Source: Octopus sinensis
Lineage: Eukaryota
Reading direction: 5' to 3'
Length of the DNA stretch: 64,000 nucleotides
NCBI RefSeq assembly: GCF_006345805.1
Contig: NC_043003.1
Location: 52,948,001 to 53,012,000 of the forward strand
The position numbers and the translations under genes are program-made. Shown here in pieces: positions 26,074 to 38,871 of this stretch; within the stretch, counting starts at the first letter, position 1; the number at the start of each line of letters is the position of its first letter. A model generated the notes under the pieces. That model searched no databases, was not told the origin of the DNA, and saw only the letters and a program-made list of their open reading frames with translations.

Positions 26074-26207
26074 GTATGTATACACACACACACACACGTA
26101 TATATATATGTATACACACTTATGTATGTATACATATATATGGTGTATGTATGTATATATATATATGTATATATATGTATATATATATGTGTGTATATAT
26201 ATGTATG

Positions 26208-26241
<34 letters not shown>

Positions 26242-26283
26242 ACAAATACATATATATTATAATATACATACATATACACACAC

Positions 26284-26337
<54 letters not shown>

Positions 26338-26359
26338 CATTTATATGTATTATATTCAG

Positions 26360-26705
26360 GAGTTCATTCCCACTGCGTAGCACCTGGGTAAGTGTCTTCT
26401 ACTATAGCCTCGGGCCGACCAAAGCCTTGTGAGTGGATTTAGTAGACGGAAACTGAAAGAAGCCTGTCGTATATATGTATAAATATATATGTATGTGTGT
26501 GTATATGTTTGTGTGTCTGTGTTTGTCTCCCCAACATCACTTCACAACCGATGGTGGTGTGTTTACGTCCCCGTAACTTAGCAGTTCGGCAAAAGAGACC
26601 GATAGAATAAGAACTAGGCTTCCAAAGTCCTGGGGTCGATCTGCTCGACTAAAGATGGTGCTCCAGCATGGCCGCAGTCAAATGACTGAAACAAGTAAAA
26701 GAGTA
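26360..26705 (+). mobile_element. SINE family 2, 5'-truncated
   Basis: Core, internal microsatellite and tail are intact. Confidence 0.88.
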
Positions 26706-29700
26706 ATCTCATTTATACGCTCATTATCATACGCACGTACAAATATATGTGTACATATCTGAGCACAAATGTGTTTGTGTATGTTTATACTTTGTTTGAA
26801 AGTACGTTTGATTTAACATTGACCCTTAATCCAAGTATTATTAATACGAAAGTATTTGCTATTATTGTTGTAACCTCTGGAGTGAACCCGGATCCTGGTG
26901 ACCTACGCTGAAGAGCAATTTCAACCACAACAGCATTGCTTTTCTATTTGGTAGGGGTGGCAGTAGGCTTGGCAGTATATCTGGTACTAGCCATGTCTAA
27001 GGCTTGCATGTTTTAAAGCGTCTTTGTTGATTAAGATGATGTGAGTTAAAGAAGATTTGGTTACTATTTTTAGCAGGCCGAGCGACCACAAAGAATCTAC
27101 CTGACGCAGTGCAGGTTATAAAAAGCTTTAGGTCTTATAGATTAGTGTCTTGACTGCATTTAGTTTTGTTTGTTCTGAATCAAGTGTTATTTGAATCGAT
27201 TTCGTCTTTTATACCACGTAAATATATTAAAGAAATTATTATAATATATTGATCTGCACCTCACCCGCTAGCTCCACACTAAGAAAATTTGTATTGTGAA
27301 AAAGATCGATCCTTGTATAATACTTTTGATTCACTACATTATGTAAGATAAACCAAATGACTCTGCACCAGCTTCGGCGTTGAGGCTCAATTGTTCGATA
27401 AACTTCATTGCCTGCTCATTGTATAAACATCAGTGGTCGACTATGGCACAGACACGTGTATCGTTAATGTAATCATACGATAGAATTAATATTATACAGT
27501 GTGACAAGGCTGTAGCTTTGAATTGCATGTACAATCCAACTGATGGGCTTCTGCACAGTTTCCACGTCCCCAGTTTCACTCATAAGACCTGCATCAAACT
27601 GAGGCATTGCTAAAAGATAATCGCCCTAGATGTCACGTAGTGAGATCAAGCTTGGGATCGTAAAGTTAACTTTTTAACCGGTTTAGTTAAGCTACGTCCA
27701 GGTTGCTTTGTGCACGTTAACTTTAAATTTCTGCTAAACCACCACCCACCTATAGCAAGTAATGATAATTTCTTGGACAGGTACAAGGATTGGAAATACG
27801 AGGGAGGAGTTAGTTGATGCCATTTACTCAGTATTCAATAGTACTTTTTTTTATTAACTTCGAATGTATGCAATGTAACGAGGATGCTGTAGGAATTTGA
27901 ACTAAAAAAACAGAGAACAATAAAAAGTAATAATGATTTCAAATTTTGGCACATGGGCACCTTGATTGTTGGCTTCTGGCATCGAGGATGTGATTTCTCT
28001 CACTATCCTACAAGCTACAATAGACGGTATACTCTGGAGACAGTAATCTCTGGGACTTGCTGTTATTGATAGTTCTGCCGTAAAAAGCTCTTCACCTTTC
28101 GCTGCCTTTCCAGCTCCTCTGGGTTGAAAACCCAGAAGTGAACCTTAATTTCTTCCAACTAGACTTGCTTTCTGTTCCATTATTCTTATCACCTTTTTCT
28201 CGGCAACCGTGACGGCGGTAGCTCTGAGATTATTTAGTCGTCTTTGGGTGAGGAAAGGGTCATCAGGACACGTCTATACAGACTCCTTCCCAACCGCATA
28301 TCATTCCTCGTCATTTCGGCGCTCACCCACCTTCCCTTTTTGTGTTGCAATTATGACGAGTCAAGTATTATCCATGTTGCTTCCAGTATCCTTTGTCTGA
28401 TGCTTGATCCTGAGTCATGTATTATGGCACGAAACTGAGGGAAGGTCCAGGTTTTTCGGGCACCAGTCGAGCCTACTGTTTTGCGTTGATCTCTTGTTTG
28501 AACACCAGAAACATACTTCCATGTGCTTAGATCGTGCCACACATCACGTAAGGGTTCATTTATCTATTCATTTGAAAGCATGTGGAAACCCTTTCTAGAC
28601 TTCACGAATTCATAATTCAGAACGCAAGGAACCAGAACAAATTTCGCAAAGCATTTTCGTTGCTGTTGTAACAATTCAACTAGCATTTTATCGACCTCGA
28701 AAGTATGAAAGACAAAGTTCACCTCGGCTGACGACATTTGAATGCAAAGAGCCAGAGCGATACATTTTGTCCAACACTCTGACAATCCTGCCGTGCTCGT
28801 CGTTTTACTTTGTTCTCCATCCAATGCCACCACCTTCTTGCACTAACACTTCATACTTCCTCCTTCGAAGCCTTTCGATGAACTCTACACATTGACCAAG
28901 TCTCCTTCGAAGGCATATCAAAAGCCCCTCTCGTTTCCGAGCAGAATAGCTCCGTTTCTTTCCCCTTAACTCTTTCTTAATCAAGCAGGGAGGAAGAATA
29001 TATTTATGACATATCTCTCATTTCTATTTCTTTTAGAACCGAAGGTTTCTTCTAACATCTCTCTTCTGCTGATTATATTAGCAAAACTTATGTTGATACG
29101 ATCCCCGCCATTCAAATTTTGGCCATTGTCAATGACCGTTTCCACAAAGATAGTAGTTTCTAAAATGATCGGTTTTTTGTGTATTTACTCCCAGAGAGCA
29201 AATATCTGATAGTTTGTTTAATTCTATTCTGATATCTTTTCCTCTTTTTTACATATCTATTAAACTTTTGGGGGCGTATCCCACTTCCTCTACCATTAGC
29301 ACTATGAATGCCATGTTTTCAATGTGTGGAAAATTATCAACTAAACTTTTTTTTAATGTCTTTTCCTTTCTTAAACATGCAGAAATAGACATCTCACATC
29401 CATCTCTAAGCAACAGGTCTGTAAGATACGACGCAAAAACAATCCAACTTTGTAAGGAAGTGGATGATACTTTCAGAACTCACGCATTTCGCAGTAGGCA
29501 TGTTTACTGCAGGCAAAAATTTGAAAGGATATTATGTCTGGTCCTTAATTTTTCTTTTCTAAATGCTTTATATATGCAAGTCGGATGTAGCTTTAAGGAA
29601 ATAACTTTGCATCTACATGGTTTCAGGTTTAGTTTAATAGCACGACATTTTGGACTATGCTTAGCAAGTGCAATTGGTATGCGAAAACTTTTCTATGGAA

Positions 29701-30379
29701 GCTCGTCGTGGGCTCCCTTCTATTTTTAACCCCTTTCCTCTTTTCTTCCTCTGATCAGTCTTTCTTGGACTTTACTTTGTTATCCGATGGAAGATTATGT
29801 CTCAAAAGTTATATTCCTTCTTTGAATGTCAACATGGTATTAACTGCAAACGTTCCATGTACTGTTGTTGATCTTTGTATTTGCTTTGCTCTCTCTCTCT
29901 CTCCCTCCCCCTCTCTATCCCTCACCACCCCTCTCTCCCTCCCTCTCATATATATATATATATATATATATTTATACACACACACATATATTTATGTATA
30001 CGTGTGTCTGCGTGTGTGTATGTATGTAGGTAAATAAACAGAAATAATGGGTATTTGTTTATCAAAGGCTCACAGCAGTTTCGGATATGCGTTTTGGTGC
30101 GTTCATTGGTTCAGCCTTATCAATCGACAGAGAATACAGGCAACTTAAAACTATCTAGTGGTTCCTTGTATTTTCTGTTGATCAAATTGATCGCCAACAA
30201 TTCACATAGACATGAACAACAACGTAAAAGTAAGCATAGACACTCACTAACAACATAATGCCCCACCTCTATCTCTTTATTTCCTTTGTGTGTGTGTGTG
30301 CGCGCGCGCGTGTGAGTGTGTGTGTATAAAACGCAAAACACTTATATCCTTATATATATATATATATAATATATGTGAG

Positions 30380-30416
<37 letters not shown>

Positions 30417-30618
30417 ATATGTATGTATATGTATGTATGTATGTGTATGTATGTATATTTATATAGTTATTATTTTAAAGCAAGTTTAAATATATCAACA
30501 GAATGTCTTTTGAGGAGAGAACTTTAGTAACAAATGTAGAGTCAAGTCTATTATAAAATTCGCTTTGACTGTGGTATCAAGTATCTTCCAACGTTCTTTT
30601 CAAAAAAACCATCAGGCC

Positions 30619-30672
<54 letters not shown>

Positions 30673-30791
30673 ATATAATATATATCTCTAAAAGTAATAT
30701 GTGACAATTATTCGGTCGCCATGATAAAACTCCGAATTTCGGATTCCGAGGTGGAAATCCATGCCGCTATTCTTCAGTTATCTGACCATCG

Positions 30792-30841
<50 letters not shown>

Positions 30842-31369
30842 ATATATACAATACATGACAAGGTATAATAATGGTCATTACATATTTTCCTTTACTGCTG
30901 TAAAATTGACTTACGGCTGTTTCTAGTATTCATTATAGGTTCATTATTGACAGATTCATTCAAACAGTCCATTGATAGGTAGAGAAAAATTGAATGACTC
31001 CGATGAAAGTAGCATTCATTTTTTTAAACCGTACAATTCTTGTCAACAGATGAAGGGACCGATTAAAGAAACCTATAAATAACGAACCTATAATGGCTAC
31101 TGGAAACAGGTGTAAGTAAAATTTACTGCAATGAAGGAAAGAAATGTAATGACTGTTATTTATACCTTGTCTCGTATATCACTCCGAGTGATATAACTGG
31201 ACTCGAACCACAGATTTACAATATAGAAAGGTGATGTATAATCTCGGACCCGGCTCCAAGAATACGCGGAGTTCTTCACTAATCTAAATATTGTTAGCCT
31301 GGTGTACTAACAGAAACTTATGATGAAGTATTTTGCTCGGAGTGATAACCCATTACTAATAACTATATA

Positions 31370-31382
31370 TATATTATATATG

Positions 31383-31455
<73 letters not shown>

Positions 31456-31460
31456 GTATG

Positions 31461-31492
<32 letters not shown>

Positions 31493-31869
31493 TATAATAT
31501 ATTAATATATATAATATTATATATATATGTATATATATATATATATCTATATATATATTATATATATATATGTATGTATGTATATATATGTATATACATA
31601 TGTATATTCATGTATGTATATATATATATGTGTGTATATATATATATGTATATATATGTATGTATATATATATATGTATATATATATATGTATGTATATA
31701 TATATATATATATATCTATATATATATATGTATGTATATATATGTATATATATATGTATATATGTATGTATATATATGTATATATATATATATATGTATA
31801 TATATGTATGTATATATATATATATATGCACATATATATATATTATATATATATATGCATATATATATG

Positions 31870-31933
<64 letters not shown>

Positions 31934-31960
31934 TGTATTATGTATGTATGTGTATGTATG
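31370..31960. repeat. Long imperfect (TA)n/(TATG)n tract
   Basis: Read directly. Similar tracts lie at 26020-26330, 25440-25600 and 13525-13690. Confidence 0.95.
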
Positions 31961-32909
31961 CATGTATGATTATCGTGCTGAAATGGTATTTGCCACAGAC
32001 ATGTTGGCGATGCTCTTCTCTTTTTCCATTCCCTGCTGTGTTTGTACTTAAGTTTAAACAGTGTATTATTATATATATATTATATATATATATATATATG
32101 ATTTGTATATACACGCACATACAGGTTCAATTTCTATACCATCTCCGCCTAGCAAATTTCAGTCACAACGTACTACTCAAACGGGAGCTATACTAGAAGA
32201 CACTTGCCCAATCCACTGCGAAGGTTAAGTCTAATAGAACCAGAAACTATATGATTGATAAGCGAACTTCTTAATTAAAGATCCATGTCTCTGTGAGTAA
32301 GGTATGGCTGTATCTTTCGTTGATTGCATATCAGCAAAGTATATAAAGGTCAATGAATGATATAAATACATAAACGAAAGAATGGAAACTTGTACCTTTA
32401 CGAACGAAGTGGCAATAGTTGTTCGCCACTGAGTAATAGACATTCTCTAGTCACCCACACTACGAAGAATGCATCGAATCTGTTACTGACCTGTAGAAAT
32501 CTGAAAACAATGATGTTACATATAATATAATATATAATATATAATACATAAACACACACACACACACTTTGATATTTTTACTTGATTCAATCATTAGACT
32601 GCGGTCATGGTGGGACACCATCTTGATCAGTTTTGTCGAAAAAAGTCGCCCCTCCCAGTACTTATGTTAGCGGTCTCTTTTACCAAACGAGGACGTAAAC
32701 AAACCAACACTAGTTGTCAAGCGGTGAGAGAGACATACACAAATGCAAACACAAAGACACCCACGCATATATATATATATGTGTAAAAAGTAAAAAATAT
32801 ATACAAACTGGGACAAGAACGTGAAACACCTAGAAGACGACACAAGAACCACAGGACGGGACATTCGAAGCCCTCAGTCATCAGTCAAGAACCGGATCAT
32901 CTTCGCATA

Positions 32910-32949
<40 letters not shown>

Positions 32950-32979
32950 CACTTTCAGTTTTAATTAAATATTAATATT

Positions 32980-33325
32980 TGATAATTTTTCACATTTTGG
33001 GACAAAGCAAGCAATTTTAGGTGGGGAGACAAATCGATTATATCTATACCTATTTCTTTATCACCCACAAGGGGCTAAACATAGAGGGGACAAACAAAGA
33101 CAGACATAGGTATTAAGTCGATTACATCGACCCCAGTGCGTAACTGGTACTTAACTTATAGGCCCCGAAAGGATGAAAGGCAAAGTCGACCTCGGCGGAA
33201 TTTGAACTCGATGAAAGGCAAAGTTGACCTCTGCGGCATTTGAACTTAGGTCGTAAAGAGCCGGAAGAAATGCTTTTAAACACTTTATTCGGCGCACTAA
33301 CGATTCTGCCAGTTCGCCACCTCAA
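32980..33325 (-). mobile_element. SINE family 1: tail-A copy (from 33050) nested inside an older tail-C copy
   Basis: Old head at 33240-33325, a duplicated segment of about 38 nt, the young body and tail A, then the remaining old tail C at 32980-33049. Confidence 0.75.
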
Positions 33326-34424
33326 AAAGTATATAATAATAAAAATTTGAATATCGTTTTAAAGTGGGGGAAAGTCATTCTAATCGAAGACACGATCGTG
33401 GTTTGGACGAGATATAAATATTACTGGTTTGTCAGGACTCAAAATGAAAAAAAAAAAAAAAAAGATAAGAAGGAAAGAAGAAGTCAATAAGTTTCACAAG
33501 TGAAGTTCGAGTGTATTGTTTGGAAATCAGAATTAATTAAGGTGTTGGAGGTAAAGATTTGCTTGAGAGCCACCGGATGGTAAAGATGGAAAAGGTGAGT
33601 AATAAAACTTAAAGTAAATAATAAAGAATGAGAAAGAAAGACTAGATAGAGAGATAGAGAGAAAGGTGGGAGAAGGTGGGAGCAGAGGGGACAGCGAAAG
33701 TTGACAATTATGTGACGAGATTGTTCTATAACGAGTATGGCTACAGTAGCACGTGTATTATTATTATTATTAAGCAAGTATATCTACACGTACGCACATA
33801 TGTGGAAAGGAATTGTTCAATCTGTGTAACGTGAGGGGGAAAAAGCGAGAGGTCGAGTTACCGAAGGGGAAAAGAGTAGTAGGCAGAGCTGAGTGACATA
33901 GGAAGTGGGTAGAAAGGGGGGAAAGAGAGGTAATGACGGAAAAGGCAGCAACAAATTAACATGCATGAATTTGCTAGCGCAATCATATTGAAGGGATACA
34001 CACATATACAGATGATTAGCAGGAAAAAAAAAAGGAAGGGATGGATGAATGAAGGAGAGGAAATGTCAAATAAAGAAGGGGACAGTAAATTAGGTGCTTA
34101 AACGTAAAGGAATAATTTTTAGATACTTTCATAGATGGTAGGGGGATTTAGAAAGTGGTCTCTTCGTTAATTAACGCTCTCCTTTTTCTTCTCTTTCTCT
34201 GTTGTATCAAAAGCTCGTTCATTCGTTGAAGGCTGTGAATATATCGATGTATCATACGACCCCTGATAACTGTAGCGTACGATTGTGCGCCCTGCAAAAC
34301 AAATAAATTTCTAGGTGAAGCGAATAAAAGTGTCTTTACAAGATGTTGTTAACAAATGGATTATTTTTATGAGCGTTTGCCCTTTAATCATATGCTAACG
34401 TCTATTCTCAATTGAAATGTAGTC

Positions 34425-34545
34425 ATTGGGGGCTTATTCCAATTGATACATGATTGCTCACCAATTACGACCAGCCATGGGCCACATATGAACAATGATC
34501 TCAGATACCATATAAATTCTCCATTCAGAAAACATTGCCAGTCTA
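34425..34545 (+). promoter_or_regulatory. Putative Gsx core promoter
   Basis: ATTGG at 34425, CCAAT at 34439 and 34461, Sox-type AACAATG at 34491, TATAAAT at 34511-34517 and an Inr-like CCAGTC whose A (34540) lies 29 nt after the TATA start. Motif arrangement only. Confidence 0.5.
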
Positions 34546-35247
34546 GGGTTAGACTTTAAATTGAACTCAGGTCTACAGACTAGGATATAATGAGAAATTA
34601 GTCCAGCAACATAACACTGATTGCTCCGACACTGACCCGTTCACATATCACTCGGCTTAAATTTAATTTTCATTATCATTGTTATTACCATTATTATCTA
34701 TATCCTACAGACAGGCTACCTGATAAACTGATGAAATCAAACGCAATGAATTTTAATTATAGGTACATCTATAATTTAATATATTCATATACATGATATA
34801 TCAGCACTTATATATTTTTAATTAATATTATAAATTTAGTTGGTACTCAGTCAATATTACTTTCAAGTTACAAACATGGAAAGATAAGGGCAGACACTTT
34901 TATAACAAAATAACTCCAACTGATTTTTATTTATTTTGATATTTATCACAAGACAAACACTAACTATTTAAAACATTTTTTTTATCAACTAAATTTCAAA
35001 GTATATTATTGAACAATATTCGCTGTGATAAAACATCTACAAATTAAAAGAAAACTCAATATTGAAAAACTTAAAAAATAACAATATATTTATAAATATA
35101 TTTCAATATAAATTATATACCATACACATATCTTTAAATATACACATATACCCATATACAAAGACAATTATCCATATTTATACATATATTTATATATTAA
35201 AATATTTCTGTTTTGAAAACACATTTAACAAAATATCTCTAGCCAAA

Positions 35248-35725
35248 ATGTCTCGATCATTCCTTGTTGATTCCTTAATTTTGAAGAAACCGAAAGTAAA
35301 TGAAAATGGTGGTAATAGTCCAGCAGGAAATACACACCCCAGTCACCAGAGCCCCTCTATTCACGGTCGTGGGTCGCCATCATCTATTTGTCCATCGAGG
35401 TTGTCCTCGACAACTCAGCCACTAACGTGTTACCCGCGACATCCATCTGATGTATTGGGATTCTGCTGTCCTCTCTGCATTCACACACCTCATCATTCTG
35501 TCGGTCAAGTGCTTGCAGGTCATACAACGGGTCTGGCAAGTGTCAAACCCTTGGGGGACATAGTAACTACAAGTTCGTCCTTGGTCGGAACTATACCAAC
35601 CACCCTCCCATCACATCACAGACAGATAGACATGCTATCGAACCAGTTACCCCATTTCCAACAAACCTCCAGTTTGCCAACTTACAGACCTACAGAACCA
35701 AGGCCAATCGGTTACATGAATTTAG
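35248..35725 (+). CDS. Gsx: Gsx (GS homeobox / ind, ParaHox) coding exon 1
   Basis: ATG at 35248 in a CAAAATG context. It encodes MSRSFLVDSLILKK, matching the N-terminus of vertebrate GSX1/GSX2 (MPRSFLVDSL / MSRSFYVDSLI), and FCCPLCI, the Gsx CPLC motif. The exon ends ATG AAT TTA G|GTGAGT, a canonical phase-1 donor at 35726. Confidence 0.93.
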
Positions 35726-35865
35726 GTGAGTATTAATATTATTTATGTATTCTTTCTGCCAGTCAGTTCATACCGCTTTTATGCCCTTCATAAAGTCAGT
35801 CTACTAGCAGCTAAGTCAGTGAGTATTACGACCATTCAAATATCTCTCTTAGTATGTACATGTGT

Positions 35866-35911
<46 letters not shown>

Positions 35912-35924
35912 GAGAGAGAGAGAG

Positions 35925-35957
<33 letters not shown>

Positions 35958-36125
35958 CATACATCCATACATACTACATACATACATATATATAGACATA
36001 CATATATATATATACACATATACATATATTATACAAGTGAGTAGACAAACGAAAGAAGGGCATTCAACACATTATTTGTTTACATGTAATATCAAGACAG
36101 TTTGATTCAAAATCAAACTGTTTTG

Positions 36126-36263
<138 letters not shown>

Positions 36264-36728
36264 AGGCGTTATACACTATCTAACATCCGTGTATATGTGA
36301 ATGCACGTATTCTCGTGCCCTCCCACGCGTATAATAGTTATATACACTTTTAACTCTGTCACTGCTACTATCATTATCAATAACTGCTCTGTCACACGAC
36401 CTACACTCAAACTAAACAACAATAACAGTCGCAACAACCATGATAGACACTTAACAGGAACAAAATTAATAACATTAATTTAATCAAAGTAGACTCAGTA
36501 TATGTCTAATCAGATATTCTTACTCCTTACATTTTTCCAGTAATGGTATGAATTTATTATATATTAATTTCAGTAATTGATTTAATCCTATAGATTCTAT
36601 AACTGAACACACACACGCACACACATGAATATATATTATGCAGCAATTAGTTTTAAGAGTCAACAGTCACTTCAATAGATTATACGTGTTGTAAAAATGT
36701 TTTACATCCTATCAAAACACACGGAAAC

Positions 36729-36774
<46 letters not shown>

Positions 36775-37370
36775 ACACACACACATAAATTTGCATACGT
36801 TCATATATTATGTTAAACATACTGAATAGGGATGCTTTTTTGCCTTCTAATTACGTATATAACTGTTTCTAATTTCTTATCCTAATTAATAGCAAATAAA
36901 TTATTAAACGCACTAATTTACATTCTATTGGCATATAATGAAGATGATGATGATGTTGATAGTAGTAGTAGCAGTAGATGTAGTAGTAGTAGTATTAATA
37001 ATAATAATGATAATAATAATAATAATTACATAATTATGATTTAAAATATCGTTATTACAATAGATTATTTCGTCTTCAACAATATATTGTAGTAACAATA
37101 TTTTAAATCATGGTTAGGTGTGATTGCAATTATATTATAGAATTATTAATTTCCATTCTATTCATATATACTAGCAAAATTATTATTGAAATATGAATTT
37201 ACATAATATTCTAATACAACAGTAAATATTTTTAAAAAATACTATTTTAAATTCAGATGGCAGATAATATTTTACATTGATGTATTCCATATACTTATCT
37301 ATATGAGCTTTGAATTCATGTACTCGCGCGAGTGTTAATGTGTGTGTATACATATATACATACATACATT

Positions 37371-37430
<60 letters not shown>

Positions 37431-38380
37431 GATATAGATACATGGATATATAGATATATTTATATATACATATGTACACACACACCGTAAATGTACACAC
37501 ACATATTGTAAATCAATAGCACCGATTGCAATGGAATTACTTTTGAAGTGAAACATATTAAGATGTTATTAAGATTAAATTGTATATGAAATTATTAAAA
37601 TTAATTTCTACATAACGCGTGTTGTCAGAATTTAGTAATATATAGGCATGTGTACCAAAGGAATAAAATGAGTGAAAAATCTATATAATACATACACACA
37701 TACATACGTAATACATACATACGTGCATACATATATAGACTTATATTGTCGACGAATGCTCGAAATGAGGAGTAGATAGACAGCCGACAACTGATGAAGG
37801 GTCCTTTCTCTGTGTTTACTTGTCCTGTTTTCCATTTTTTCTTGTTGTTTACGTATTTCATCACTTTAGGTGATGTCCTGTACCCATATATGCATGTATA
37901 TGCATGTATATATATACATATATATATGTATGTATGTATATATTACTTGATCTTCAAATAAATAATAAATAATAAACAATAATAATAATAATAATAATGA
38001 TAACATCAACAAAAAATTTGATACTTTAGCATAGAATAGTTATCTATTTAATATCAAAGTAATAACAATTTAAATAGCTGTAATCTATTTTTTTCAAATA
38101 ATTTTTTAAAATATAATTCTTAAACCAATGTAGTTTGAAGTTAATTAAAGTCAAGCAGTTTGCATTTATTTTCTTGGCTTAAAGTCAGCATCACCAGACT
38201 GTATGGAATGTAGAGGACTCAGTAATCAAGCTGAGATTAGGTACAATAGTTCATCTTTTGAACAATCTCTGTTTAATTCAGCTTGCATATAGTTTAAACA
38301 TGTATTGAATAATGTAAATATGTAATTAATAATTAATATATATATTTGTTTTTTTTTTTGTTTTTTGTTTTTTTCCATAG

Positions 38381-38449
38381 TTTTCGGTGAAATCCCTGCC
38401 AAGTCTAAGTATCTAGCGCCAGAAATCAGTGACAGTGAAGCCAGTCAAA
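38381..38449 (+). CDS. Gsx: Predicted Gsx internal coding exon 2 (69 nt, phase 1-1)
   Basis: A T-rich tract of about 30 nt ends in CATAG at 38380, and donor GTAAGT starts at 38450. The length is divisible by 3 and the exon is stop-free in the frame of exons 1 and 3: (V)FGEIPAKSKYLAPEISDSEASQ(S). No transcript evidence is available. Confidence 0.75.
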
Positions 38450-38820
38450 GTAAGTAGCAAAAAATTTATTTCAATACATTATTTTACACACACACACATT
38501 TATCCAATATTGTTTTAATACTTGTGGGAAAGGCTCGAGGGTAACAATTTCAACGAATATTTCCCTAAGAAACACAAATATAAACTGTATCTAGTTTATT
38601 AATTAATTAATACAAAGGAACCCACGTTCAGCTTCAATCTAGGATTTCGCTCTTTGGCATAGTTTATTTACCATACTGGATTCTTAACTTAAGTTCTTTC
38701 ATTGTCACAATAAAAACGATAAAAGCTAGACAATAATAAATGTTCACAAATTAATATTTCATTTTGTGTGTAATGTGCGTGCGTATGTGTATGTGTGTGT
38801 ATGTACGTATATATATATAT

Positions 38821-38871
<51 letters not shown>

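Noticed and set aside
31320-32196. Long IY/MYVC/HT-repeat ORFs here and at many other (TA)n, (CA)n and (TATG)n tracts
   Set aside because: These are translations of microsatellites that happen to lack stop codons.
32865-32905. CTGANGA..GAATG family as a canonical hammerhead
   Set aside because: Position 15.1 is T, two nucleotides are inserted after A9 and no helix I is found. It is kept only as an unexplained repeat family.
35062-35247. N-terminal extension of the ORF-track 224-aa ORF
   Set aside because: It starts at TTG in AT-rich low-complexity DNA. The conserved Gsx N-terminus begins at ATG 35248.
35726-35736. ORF-track stop of exon 1 (..NLGE Y*)
   Set aside because: This is read-through past the GTGAGT donor into the intron.
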